A stretch of DNA of 64,000 nucleotides from an uncultured Flavobacteriaceae bacterium (GTDB lineage: Bacteria; Bacteroidota; Bacteroidia; Flavobacteriales; Flavobacteriaceae), in assembly GCA_947500575.1 (NCBI GenBank), contig CANMSI010000004.1, positions 344,778 through 408,777 on the forward strand, read 5' to 3'. This document shows positions 50,811 through 60,024 of this stretch, piece by piece. Position numbers and translations under genes: made by a program. Position 1 is the first letter of the stretch. Every line of letters begins with the position of its first letter. Below the pieces are notes generated by a model. That model was given only the letters and a program-made list of their open reading frames with translations, had not been told where the DNA came from and did no database searches.

Positions 50811-50826
50811 ATTTGTATATACAAAT
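50811..50826. promoter_or_regulatory. Perfect 16-bp palindrome ATTTGTATATACAAAT, probable MarR operator
   Basis: It ends 11 bp upstream of the marR-like ATG (50838), in the divergent intergenic region. Confidence 0.55.
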
Positions 50827-50837
50827 TTTGTAGATAC

Positions 50838-51284
50838 ATGAATGTTGAACAAATCATAAAGACCGAGAAGAAGATTCCATTAAGATCTAGAACCATCATT
50901 CACTTACTATTAGTGAATACAAAAATTACGGAAATAATGACACTTGCATTGAAACCTTTTGGAGTATCACAACAACAATTTAATGTACTTCGCATATTAA
51001 GAGGGCAACAAGGAAAACCAGCTAATTTGTCTACACTTAATGAGCGAATGGTTACTAAAATGAGTAACACCACACGGCTCGTTGACAAATTGTTAGCAAA
51101 AGGCTTTGTGAATAGGGCTGTATGCCCCTCAAATCGAAGAAAAATAGAGATACTGATAACCCCAACTGGCTTGGACGCCTTATTAGAAATGGATAAAGCG
51201 ATTAGCAACGCCGAAAAAAAAGTACTAAAAAAAATGTCCAACACAGAGTTGGAGCAATTCAATTCACTTTTAGATAAATTTTAA
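50838..51284 (+). CDS. MarR-family transcriptional regulator
   Basis: 148 aa. The winged-helix region reads QQQFNVLRILRGQQGKPANLSTLNERMVTKMSNTTRLVDKLLAKGFV. Confidence 0.9.
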   Translation: MNVEQIIKTEKKIPLRSRTIIHLLLVNTKITEIMTLALKPFGVSQQQFNVLRILRGQQGKPANLSTLNERMVTKMSNTTRLVDKLLAKGFVNRAVCPSNRRKIEILITPTGLDALLEMDKAISNAEKKVLKKMSNTELEQFNSLLDKF

Positions 51285-51295
51285 CTATATAAAAA

Positions 51296-51928
51296 ATGAG
51301 CAACTATATTGAAAGTTTACACTGGCGCTACGCCACCAAAAAATTTGATAGCACAAAAAAATTATCAGATGAACAATTAAATACCTTATTAGAATCTGTT
51401 CGTTTAAGTGCTTCTTCTTACGGACTACAGCCATATCATATTTTCATTGTTACCGATAAAGAAATACGTGCTAAATTACAACCAGCATCATGGGGTCAGT
51501 CTCAAATTGTAGATGCCTCCCACCTGATCGTTTTTGCGGCTAAAACTGAGGTCGATGGAAATTGGATTGATACCTATTTAGAAAATGTGAGCACTACTAG
51601 AGAAATTCCTATGGAATCTTTATCTGGGTACGGAGATTTTATGAAATCCAAAATTCTGGAGCTGTCAAGTGAGGAACAAGCTACATGGGCTGGGAAACAA
51701 ACCTATTTGGCATTAGGTAATTTGCTTTCCGCAGCAGCTGAATTACGCATAGACAGTTGTCCTATGGAAGGTTTTGAACCAGAAGTATATAACGACATCT
51801 TAGGCTTAACAGAAAAAGGCTTGCACGCAACAGTAATAGCAGCTGTTGGGTACCGTTCTGGGGACGATGAAACACAGCACTATAAAAAAGTAAGGCAATC
51901 TAAAGAAAACTTAGAAACCTACGTCTAA
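51296..51928 (+). CDS. Nitroreductase-family NAD(P)H-dependent oxidoreductase
   Basis: 210 aa. It contains LHWRYATKKFD and SASSYGLQPY. Confidence 0.85.
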   Translation: MSNYIESLHWRYATKKFDSTKKLSDEQLNTLLESVRLSASSYGLQPYHIFIVTDKEIRAKLQPASWGQSQIVDASHLIVFAAKTEVDGNWIDTYLENVSTTREIPMESLSGYGDFMKSKILELSSEEQATWAGKQTYLALGNLLSAAAELRIDSCPMEGFEPEVYNDILGLTEKGLHATVIAAVGYRSGDDETQHYKKVRQSKENLETYV

Positions 51929-51978
51929 TCTATAAATCATTATTAAACACACATTTACACTAATTAAATTTTAAAATC

Positions 51979-52560
51979 ATGAAAAAGAATGTATTTAGCC
52001 TAGCACTAGCAATTGTATTTGGATTTTCAGCAACTGCTACCACTCCTATCGATGGAGAAAAAAAAGAAGTGAAAACAGAAACCAGTACTGTTACTTGGAA
52101 AGCCTATAAGGTTACAGGATCCCATACAGGAACCATTGCTTTGCAGTCTGGAACTTTGAGTTTTGACGACACAGGAAAATTAGATGGTGGAGAGTTTGTG
52201 GTAGACATGACCACTATTAATACTACCGATTTGGAAGGGGAGTACAAAGGAAAATTGGATGGCCATTTAAATTCAGATGACTTTTTTGGAACCGCAACTC
52301 ATAAGACTTCTACAATGGTTTTTACCTCGGTAACCGCATCTGGGAAAAATTCTTATAAAGTAACCGGCGATTTAACCATTAAAGGGATTACCAAAGCCGT
52401 AAGCTTTGATGTTTCTATTTATGGAAGCAAGGCTACTGCCACTTTAAAAGTAGACCGAGCCAATTATAACATCAAGTATGGTTCTGGGAGTTTCTTTGAT
52501 AATTTAGGAGACAAAACCATTTATGACGAGTTCGATCTAGTAGTAGATTTAGAATTTTAA
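51979..52560 (+). CDS. YceI-family periplasmic protein
   Basis: 193 aa with a signal peptide. It contains VTWKAYKVTGSHTGTI and VTGDLTIKGITKAVSF. Confidence 0.85.
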   Translation: MKKNVFSLALAIVFGFSATATTPIDGEKKEVKTETSTVTWKAYKVTGSHTGTIALQSGTLSFDDTGKLDGGEFVVDMTTINTTDLEGEYKGKLDGHLNSDDFFGTATHKTSTMVFTSVTASGKNSYKVTGDLTIKGITKAVSFDVSIYGSKATATLKVDRANYNIKYGSGSFFDNLGDKTIYDEFDLVVDLEF

Positions 52561-52580
52561 GAACCTACTTTATTAATTGT

Positions 52581-52615
52581 AAAACCCTGCGAAAGCGGGG
52601 TTTTACTTTTTTTAC
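52581..52615 (+). terminator. Rho-independent terminator after the YceI gene
   Basis: aaaaccctgc-gaaa-gcggggtttt forms a 10-bp stem with a GAAA loop, followed by a T run. Confidence 0.8.
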
Positions 52616-52660
52616 AGCAGGAAGTTTGAAATTTTAAAATTTGGTTCTATATTTGACCTA

Positions 52661-52717
52661 ATGAAATTAACAACAGTAAATACTTGGTGGTGGAACTCCT
52701 TACGTCAAACGTCGTGA
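52661..52717 (+). CDS. trp operon leader peptide (18 aa, MKLTTVNTWWWNSLRQTS)
   Basis: The ATG at 52661 opens an ORF with three consecutive TGG codons at 52685-52693 and a TGA at 52715-52717. It lies 120 bp upstream of trpE and directly before a terminator hairpin. Confidence 0.7.
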   Translation: MKLTTVNTWWWNSLRQTS

Positions 52718-52745
52718 GTTAAGCATCAGTGTACCAAAATATACA

Positions 52746-52781
52746 AAAAGGCTTGTCATCACGACAAGCCTTTTTGGTTTT
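52746..52781 (+). terminator. trp attenuator (leader terminator)
   Basis: aaaaggcttgtc (52746-52757) pairs with gacaagcctttt (52763-52774) around the loop atcac. TTTTTGGTTTT follows. Confidence 0.75.
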
Positions 52782-52838
52782 ACAGTAGTTACATATGCTA
52801 TTTCAAAAAAAGTAGGATATCAAATTGAAACAGAAAAA

Positions 52839-54236
52839 ATGACCTATTCATTAGAAACACATTATAAAAAGATACTTGCGGATACTATTACTCCTGTAAG
52901 TGTTTACCTAAAAATACGAGATCGATTTCCAAACAGCATTCTTTTGGAGAGTAGTGATTATAGAGCCAACGATAATAGTTTCTCCTATATCTGTTGTAAC
53001 CCCATTGCTTCTATTAAAGTAGTTAATGAAGAGATTATACAGCTCTTTCCAGATGGCAGCAGCACTACAACAAGCATAGATGCCACTGTAGATGTGGTAG
53101 AGACCATAGATGGTTTTTGTAAAAAGTTTGAAGTTAAAGACAATGGTTTTAAATTCATCAATAACGGTGTCTTTGGCTATATGGCATATGATGCAGTACG
53201 TTACTTTGAAAATGTGACCATTCAGAAAAAAGAGGGTGCCTTAGACATTCCAGATATTTACTATGCTGTATATCAGAACATCATCGCTATCAATCACTTT
53301 AAAAATGAAGCGTACCTATTTGCGCACTGTTATGAATCTGAAAATAACATCGCTGCAATGGAACAAATTCTGAACGTTCGCAATTTTGCATCCTACAATT
53401 TTTCAAAGGAAGGCACTCCAAATTCTAATTTGGAAGATGATGAATACAAAGAACATGTAGCACTTGCTAAAAAGCATTGTCAACGAGGGGATGTATTTCA
53501 ACTGGTCCTTTCTAGAAGGTTCTCTCAAAAATTTAAAGGCGACGAATTCAATGTATATCGAGCACTCCGTTCTATCAACCCTTCGCCTTATCTATTTTAT
53601 TTTGACTATGGAGATTTTAAAATCTTTGGAAGTTCGCCAGAAGCTCAATTAGTGGTTAAAGACAATAAAGCAGAAATACATCCTATTGCAGGTACTTTTA
53701 AGCGTACAGGAAATGATGAAGAAGATGCACTATTGGCCAAAAAATTAACCAAAGATGATAAAGAAAATAGTGAACATGTAATGCTAGTAGATCTGGCAAG
53801 AAATGACCTTAGTAGAAATGGAAATATGGTTAGTGTAGAAAATTACAGAGAAGTTCAGTTTTTTTCTCATGTAATTCATTTGGTATCTAAGGTAACTGGT
53901 CAAAAAAAGGAAGACATTCCTACCATGAAAGTAGTTGCAGATACCTTCCCAGCGGGCACCTTAAGTGGTGCTCCCAAACACCGAGCAATGCAACTCATAG
54001 AAAAATACGAAAAAACTAGCAGGGATTATTATGGAGGAGCTATCGGATTTATGGATTTTAAAGGAAACTTTAATCATGCAATTATGATTAGAACTTTCCT
54101 CAGCAAAAATCATGAATTGCACTACCAAGCAGGAGCAGGTTTAGTTGCTGCTTCAGATCCGGATGACGAATTGCAAGAAACTTACAATAAGCTAGGAGCA
54201 TTGAACCAAGCATTAGAAATAGCAGAGACCATTTAA
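52839..54236 (+). CDS. trpE: Anthranilate synthase component I
   Basis: 465 aa. It contains GTLSGAPKHRAMQLIE and YYGGAIGF. Confidence 0.95.
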   Translation: MTYSLETHYKKILADTITPVSVYLKIRDRFPNSILLESSDYRANDNSFSYICCNPIASIKVVNEEIIQLFPDGSSTTTSIDATVDVVETIDGFCKKFEVKDNGFKFINNGVFGYMAYDAVRYFENVTIQKKEGALDIPDIYYAVYQNIIAINHFKNEAYLFAHCYESENNIAAMEQILNVRNFASYNFSKEGTPNSNLEDDEYKEHVALAKKHCQRGDVFQLVLSRRFSQKFKGDEFNVYRALRSINPSPYLFYFDYGDFKIFGSSPEAQLVVKDNKAEIHPIAGTFKRTGNDEEDALLAKKLTKDDKENSEHVMLVDLARNDLSRNGNMVSVENYREVQFFSHVIHLVSKVTGQKKEDIPTMKVVADTFPAGTLSGAPKHRAMQLIEKYEKTSRDYYGGAIGFMDFKGNFNHAIMIRTFLSKNHELHYQAGAGLVAASDPDDELQETYNKLGALNQALEIAETI

Positions 54237-54260
54237 GTCTAGGCAATAGCAAAAATTGAA

Positions 54261-54824
54261 ATGAAAAGAATATTAGTTTTAGATAATTACGATAGTTTCA
54301 CTTATAACTTGGTACACTATTTAGAAGACTTAGGATGTGAAGTAGTTGTTAAAAGAAATGACCAACTGTTGTTAGAAGAAGTAGCAGAATTTGATAAGAT
54401 TGTTCTCTCTCCTGGTCCCGGCATTCCAGATGAAGCGGGTTTGCTTAAAGAGATCATTGCCACTTATGCTCCTACCAAAAGTATCTTTGGGGTCTGCTTG
54501 GGACAACAAGCAATTGGCGAAGTCTTTGGTGGAACTTTAATCAACTTAGATGAAGTGTACCATGGTATTGCCACCTCCATAGAAGTGGTAAAAGAAGACA
54601 TCTTATTTAAAGACTTACCCAAAGAGTTTGAAGTGGGCAGGTATCATTCTTGGGTGGTGCATCCTAAATTACCAGCATCCCTAGAGGTTACTTCCGTAGA
54701 CAAAAATGGACAGATTATGTCTTTAAGACATACCTCTTACGATGTATGCGCCGTACAATTTCATCCAGAATCGGTTTTAACACCGAATGGGAAAAAGATT
54801 TTAGAAAACTGGTTAACAAATTAA
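54261..54824 (+). CDS. trpG: Anthranilate synthase component II (glutamine amidotransferase)
   Basis: 187 aa. It contains GVCLGQQAI and QFHPES. Confidence 0.95.
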   Translation: MKRILVLDNYDSFTYNLVHYLEDLGCEVVVKRNDQLLLEEVAEFDKIVLSPGPGIPDEAGLLKEIIATYAPTKSIFGVCLGQQAIGEVFGGTLINLDEVYHGIATSIEVVKEDILFKDLPKEFEVGRYHSWVVHPKLPASLEVTSVDKNGQIMSLRHTSYDVCAVQFHPESVLTPNGKKILENWLTN

Positions 54825-54829
54825 GTACT

Positions 54830-55825
54830 ATGAAAGAGATACTGAACAGGCTCATTAACCACGATATACTTCCAAAGGAAGATGCCAAACAAGTATTGGT
54901 GAATATTGCCAAGGGAACCTATAATCCTAGCCAGATTGCTGCTTTTCTCACCGTTTATATGATGCGTAGCATTACTATTGAAGAATTAGAGGGGTTTAGA
55001 GATGCGCTGCTAGAATTATGTCTTGCTGTAGATTTATCTGCCTATGACCCAGTAGATCTATGTGGTACTGGAGGTGATGGAAAAGATACTTTCAATATTT
55101 CTACGCTTGCCTCTTTTGTAACTGCGGGTGCTGGGGTTAAAGTAACAAAGCATGGAAACTATGGGGTATCTTCTAAATGCGGAAGTAGCAATGTAATGGA
55201 GTATTTAGGAATTCGCTTTAGTAATGATGCAGGTTTTTTAGAAAAATCTATTGAACAAGCAGGCATTTGTGTCTTGCACGCTCCCTTATTTCACCCCGCA
55301 ATGAAAAATGTAGCCCCTATTCGAAAAGAGCTAGCGGTAAAAACCTTTTTTAATATGCTGGGACCCATGGTAAATCCGGCCTTCCCTAAAAATCAATTGG
55401 TAGGTGTTTTTAATCTAGAATTAGCCCGTATGTATGGGTACCTCTACCAAAATACTGATAAAAAATTCACCGTACTGCACGCGCTTGATGGGTATGATGA
55501 AATTTCATTAACCGGAAATACCAAGACCATTTCCAACACCACTGAAGGTATGCTTAAACCCTCAGACTTTGGAGTACAAGCAGTAAGACAAGCTCAAATT
55601 ATTGGGGGTGATAGCATTGAAGATTCAGCTTCTATTTTTATGGACATATTAAGTGGAAAAGGAACCGAAGCCCAAAACAACGTGGTCTGCGCCAATGCCG
55701 GTGTTGCTATAGCAACGGTAAAAGAAATAACTCCAATTGATGGATTCCTCTTGGCAAAAGAATCATTAGAAAGTGGCAAAGGCCTGGAAGCACTTAAAAA
55801 ATTACAAGCATTGAGCAAAAACTAA
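54830..55825 (+). CDS. trpD: Anthranilate phosphoribosyltransferase
   Basis: The ORF-track start at 54746 overlaps trpG. The ATG at 54830 (MKEILNRLINHD) lies 5 nt after the trpG stop. It contains GTGGDGKDTFNIST. Confidence 0.93.
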   Translation: MKEILNRLINHDILPKEDAKQVLVNIAKGTYNPSQIAAFLTVYMMRSITIEELEGFRDALLELCLAVDLSAYDPVDLCGTGGDGKDTFNISTLASFVTAGAGVKVTKHGNYGVSSKCGSSNVMEYLGIRFSNDAGFLEKSIEQAGICVLHAPLFHPAMKNVAPIRKELAVKTFFNMLGPMVNPAFPKNQLVGVFNLELARMYGYLYQNTDKKFTVLHALDGYDEISLTGNTKTISNTTEGMLKPSDFGVQAVRQAQIIGGDSIEDSASIFMDILSGKGTEAQNNVVCANAGVAIATVKEITPIDGFLLAKESLESGKGLEALKKLQALSKN

Positions 55826-55851
55826 CAAACAGCTCCTTTGGAGCTATTGAT

Positions 55852-56637
55852 ATGAATATTTTAGATAAAATTATAATTGATAAACGCAAGGAAGTAGCCC
55901 TTAAAAAAGCACTGATACCTATTGCACAACTAGAGGCTTCTGTATTGTTTAACAAGGCTACCAATTCCTTAGCCAAGGCATTGCGAGAAAGCAATTCTGG
56001 TATTATTGCAGAGCACAAAAGACGCTCCCCTTCGAAAGCAGTAATCAATCAAAGTGTTACTGTGGAAGAAGTAGCAAATGGGTATGAAAAAGCAGGAGTT
56101 TGTGGTATGTCCGTTCTTACAGATAGTAGATATTTTGGAGGGTCCTTGGATGATCTTTTATTTGCAAGAGCCAGTGTTCAAATGCCACTGTTGCGAAAAG
56201 AATTTGTTATTGACTCCTATCAAATAATAGAAGCAAAAGCATATGGTGCAGATGTAATTTTGCTCATTGCTGCCATTTTATCCAGAGAAGAAATAAAGCA
56301 GTTTTCAGAACTGGCACAAAGCTTAGGCTTGGATGTACTTTTAGAAGTACATAATGAAGAAGAATTATACAAATCATTAATGCCTAGTTTGAATATGCTA
56401 GGGGTGAACAATCGAAATTTAAAAACCTTTGAAGTTAGTTTGGAAACTAGCAAAACCTTATCCACATTAATTCCAGACGATTTTGTTAAAGTTTCGGAAA
56501 GTGGTATAAGTAACATCAGCGCTATACGAGAATTAAAACCTTTTGGATATCAAGGTTTTTTAATTGGTGAAAACTTTATGAAAACATCGAATCCTGGAGA
56601 AAGTGCTTCAAAATTTATTAAAGACCTCATCGCATGA
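55852..56637 (+). CDS. trpC: Indole-3-glycerol phosphate synthase
   Basis: 261 aa. It contains IIAEHKRRSPSKA and LLEVHNEEEL. Confidence 0.95.
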   Translation: MNILDKIIIDKRKEVALKKALIPIAQLEASVLFNKATNSLAKALRESNSGIIAEHKRRSPSKAVINQSVTVEEVANGYEKAGVCGMSVLTDSRYFGGSLDDLLFARASVQMPLLRKEFVIDSYQIIEAKAYGADVILLIAAILSREEIKQFSELAQSLGLDVLLEVHNEEELYKSLMPSLNMLGVNNRNLKTFEVSLETSKTLSTLIPDDFVKVSESGISNISAIRELKPFGYQGFLIGENFMKTSNPGESASKFIKDLIA

Positions 56638-57290
56638 AATTGAAAGTCTGTGGTATGAAATATGAAGATAATATTACACAAATAGCGGCGCTACAGCCAG
56701 ACTATTTAGGCTTTATCTTTTGGAAACCGTCCAAACGCTTTTTTGAAGGCCCTATGCCCATTATCGCCGACAGTATTAAAAAAATAGGGGTTTTTGTAGA
56801 TGCTTCTGTATCAGAGGTTGTTCACACAATAGGCAAATATAATTTGCAAGGAGTACAATTACATGGAAGCGAAAGTCCAGAATATTGCCAAGCATTAAGA
56901 GAGGTGGAACTTTTTAAAGGACCTTTTGAAGGAGTATCTAACAAATATAGTTTCGATATTATCAAAGCATTTTCTATCAAAGACGATTTTGATTTTTCAC
57001 AATTAAAAGCCTATGAAAGTGTCTGTGATTATTTCTTATTTGATACCAAAGGAGCATTACCTGGAGGAAACGGTTTCACTTTTAATTGGGAAGTGCTAAA
57101 AAAATACACTTCTACAACACCTTTTTTCTTAAGCGGTGGTATTGGTTTGGAAGAAAAGGAAAAAGTTGCGGCTTTCTTAAAAACAGCAGCAGCGAAATAT
57201 TGCCATGCAATCGATGTAAACAGTCGGTTCGAATTAAGACCTGGCGAAAAAGATATTCAAAAAATAAAAGAATTTAAAACAGTAGTCTAA
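56634..57290 (+). CDS. trpF: Phosphoribosylanthranilate isomerase
   Basis: 218 aa. It starts MKLKVCGM and contains GVQLHG. Its start overlaps the trpC stop (ATGA). Confidence 0.93.
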   Translation: MKLKVCGMKYEDNITQIAALQPDYLGFIFWKPSKRFFEGPMPIIADSIKKIGVFVDASVSEVVHTIGKYNLQGVQLHGSESPEYCQALREVELFKGPFEGVSNKYSFDIIKAFSIKDDFDFSQLKAYESVCDYFLFDTKGALPGGNGFTFNWEVLKKYTSTTPFFLSGGIGLEEKEKVAAFLKTAAAKYCHAIDVNSRFELRPGEKDIQKIKEFKTVV

Positions 57291-57322
57291 TGAAATAATT
57301 AGACCGTCATAAAAGCATTAGA

Positions 57323-58504
57323 ATGACTTATCACGCAAACGAAAAAGGGTATTATGGGGAATTTGGTGGAGCTTTTATTCCAGAGATGTTATATCCCAAT
57401 ACGGAAGAGCTGCGCCAAAATTATATCCGTATCATGGAAGAACCTTCTTTTAAGGAAGAATTTGACCAACTCTTAAGAGATTACGTAGGAAGGCCTACCC
57501 CGCTCTATTTTGCAGAACGTCTCTCTAAAAAATACAAGGCCAAGCTTTATTTGAAAAGAGAAGATTTATGCCATACGGGAGCGCATAAAGTCAATAATAC
57601 CATTGGACAAATTCTAATGGCAAAAAAATTGGGGAAAAACCGAATTATTGCCGAGACAGGAGCCGGGCAACACGGAGTTGCAACTGCGACAGTATGTGCC
57701 TTAATGGGAATTGATTGTGTAGTTTATATGGGAGAAATTGACATTGCAAGACAAGCCCCTAATGTGGCTCGAATGAAAATGCTAGGGGCAGAAGTTCGCC
57801 CTGCCTTATCTGGAAGTAGAACCTTAAAAGATGCAACGAACGAAGCCATTCGTGATTGGATAAATAACCCAGTAGACACGCACTATATTATTGGATCTGT
57901 TGTGGGGCCTCATCCTTATCCAGATATGGTGGCCCGATTTCAATCCGTTATTTCTGAGGAAATTAAATGGCAGTTAAAAGAAAAAGAAGGCAGAGAAAAT
58001 CCAGATTACGTGGTAGCCTGCGTAGGTGGAGGTAGTAATGCTGCAGGAGCCTATTATCATTATTTAGATACTCCAGAAGTGGGGATTATAGCTGTAGAAG
58101 CGGCAGGAAAAGGTATTGATACTGGAGAAAGTGCTGCTACCTCTGCACTTGGAAAAGAAGGTATTATACATGGAAGTAAAACCTTGCTAATGCAGACAGC
58201 AGATGGTCAAATTACCGAACCCTATTCAATTTCAGCAGGTCTGGACTATCCTGGAGTAGGCCCTATGCATGCTCATTTGTTCAGATCTGGGCGAGGTGAA
58301 TTTATTTCCATTACCGATGATGAAGCCATGATAGCAGGCTTAGAAGTTTCCCAACTAGAAGGAATTATACCTGCCATTGAAACTTCGCATGCCTTTGCAA
58401 TTCTTAATCATAGAAAATTCAAAGAAGATGATATAGTGGTTATTAATTTATCGGGCCGGGGAGATAAAGACCTAAATACCTATATCGATTATTTTAAATT
58501 ATAG
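57323..58504 (+). CDS. trpB: Tryptophan synthase beta chain
   Basis: 393 aa. It contains HTGAHKVNN and GGGSNAAG. Confidence 0.97.
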   Translation: MTYHANEKGYYGEFGGAFIPEMLYPNTEELRQNYIRIMEEPSFKEEFDQLLRDYVGRPTPLYFAERLSKKYKAKLYLKREDLCHTGAHKVNNTIGQILMAKKLGKNRIIAETGAGQHGVATATVCALMGIDCVVYMGEIDIARQAPNVARMKMLGAEVRPALSGSRTLKDATNEAIRDWINNPVDTHYIIGSVVGPHPYPDMVARFQSVISEEIKWQLKEKEGRENPDYVVACVGGGSNAAGAYYHYLDTPEVGIIAVEAAGKGIDTGESAATSALGKEGIIHGSKTLLMQTADGQITEPYSISAGLDYPGVGPMHAHLFRSGRGEFISITDDEAMIAGLEVSQLEGIIPAIETSHAFAILNHRKFKEDDIVVINLSGRGDKDLNTYIDYFKL

Positions 58505-58520
58505 TAAGAAGTCTTAACGC

Positions 58521-59294
58521 ATGAACAGAATACAACAAAGCTTACAAACCCAAGAAAAATTACTTTCTATCTACTTCACTGCGGGTTATCCCCAATTGAA
58601 TGATACCGTAAGTATTATTGAAAATTTAGCAGCCAGTGGTGTTGATATGATCGAAATTGGATTGCCTTTTAGTGACCCCCTAGCAGATGGACCAACCATT
58701 CAGCAAAGCTCTACAACTGCCCTTAATAATGGAATGCATACAGCACTATTATTTGAGCAATTAAAAGATATTCGAAAAACCGTTTCCATTCCCTTAATTG
58801 TTATGGGATACTTTAATCCTATGCTACAATACGGGGTAGAAGCTTTTTGCAAAAAATGCAATGAAATAGGTATTGATGGAATCATAATGCCCGATTTACC
58901 GTTGGACGTCTATCAAGAAGAGTATGAGGCTATTTTTAAGGAAAATGGACTTATCAATGTGTTTCTGATAACACCTCAAACTAGCGAAGAACGCATCAGA
59001 CAAATAGACAATGCTTCTGATGGTTTTATCTATATGGTGAGTTCTGCTAGCGTTACCGGAGCAAAACAAGGTTTTGGATCAGAGCAGGAGACCTACTTTC
59101 AAAGAATAGCTGCATTAAATTTAAAGAATCCCCAAATTGTAGGTTTTGGAATAAGCAATAATCAAACCTTTGAACAAGCTACGGCAAAGGCAAAAGGTGC
59201 TATTATTGGCTCTGCTTTTATAAAGCATATAACAACGCATGGAACGGACAATCTTCAGAGCTTTGTAAATAAAATTAGAAGTAAGGAGTCTTAA
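58521..59294 (+). CDS. trpA: Tryptophan synthase alpha chain
   Basis: 257 aa. It contains IEIGLPFSDPLADGPTIQ. Confidence 0.95.
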   Translation: MNRIQQSLQTQEKLLSIYFTAGYPQLNDTVSIIENLAASGVDMIEIGLPFSDPLADGPTIQQSSTTALNNGMHTALLFEQLKDIRKTVSIPLIVMGYFNPMLQYGVEAFCKKCNEIGIDGIIMPDLPLDVYQEEYEAIFKENGLINVFLITPQTSEERIRQIDNASDGFIYMVSSASVTGAKQGFGSEQETYFQRIAALNLKNPQIVGFGISNNQTFEQATAKAKGAIIGSAFIKHITTHGTDNLQSFVNKIRSKES

Positions 59295-59345
59295 ATAAGC
59301 AACCATCTGTTTTTTTAACATCTTTGGTAAAAAACAACCAAATAC

Positions 59346-59891
59346 ATGTACAAAAGAAATACAGTAGCTATTAGTTTAATGCTAGTAGTAATGCTGACTG
59401 CCAATGCTCAAGATACATCAAATGAATCTGAGGCTTCCAATACTGAATTTTCAAAAAATGTACTTCACGGTTCTATTAGTCCATTTATAATCATTAATTC
59501 AATTAATGTAAACTATGATCGATTGTTAGCAACTAACAACAATGGTTTTTTTAAAGCTTATTATGGAACCGCCAGAGCAGGGCTTTTTACATTCCTAAAT
59601 TTTGCACCTGGAGGTGATAGTGTTTATTTCCCCCTTAGCCTTGGAGTAACCGGGCTTTCCGGATCGAAAAAAGATCATTTTGAATTAAGCTTGGGCCTAA
59701 GTTATTTTATTGACAAGTCTGAAGCAGGTGAAGATGATCCTATTATAGACGAAGATTTTGATGATGACGACTCATTTTTCATACCCAATATTGCTATTGG
59801 TTATCGAAAACAGATAAGCAAAGGAGGTGTCTTTAGAGCTGGATTGGGTTGGCCAGAATCCTTATATGTAGGGTGGGGATACAGCTTCTAA
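59346..59891 (+). CDS. Hypothetical small outer-membrane beta-barrel-like protein
   Basis: 181 aa with a signal peptide (LMLVVMLTANAQ). It shows alternating hydrophobic strands and a C-terminal aromatic end, GWGYSF. Confidence 0.5.
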   Translation: MYKRNTVAISLMLVVMLTANAQDTSNESEASNTEFSKNVLHGSISPFIIINSINVNYDRLLATNNNGFFKAYYGTARAGLFTFLNFAPGGDSVYFPLSLGVTGLSGSKKDHFELSLGLSYFIDKSEAGEDDPIIDEDFDDDDSFFIPNIAIGYRKQISKGGVFRAGLGWPESLYVGWGYSF

Positions 59892-60024
59892 AACCGCTTT
59901 TACCTTTATCATAGTCTTTCAAAAAAAATGATACGCATAACCGTCTAAAATGGAGTAAAAATTACTGCCCATTTTATGAATGGATTCATTACATTTATTG
60001 CTTCAATCCTAAGCAGCATTTTAT

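Noticed and set aside
52648-52655. TATATTTG matching the Bacteroidota -7 promoter consensus TAnnTTTG upstream of the trp leader
   Set aside because: It ends only 5 nt before the leader ATG, so the start site would fall at or after the ATG unless the leader mRNA is leaderless. It is not safe to annotate as the trp promoter.
54746-54829. The ORF-track trpD start at 54746, overlapping trpG by 79 nt
   Set aside because: The extension (MRRTISSRIGFNTEWEKDF...) is the trpG 3-prime end read in another frame. The ATG at 54830, just after the trpG stop, gives a normal TrpD N-terminus.
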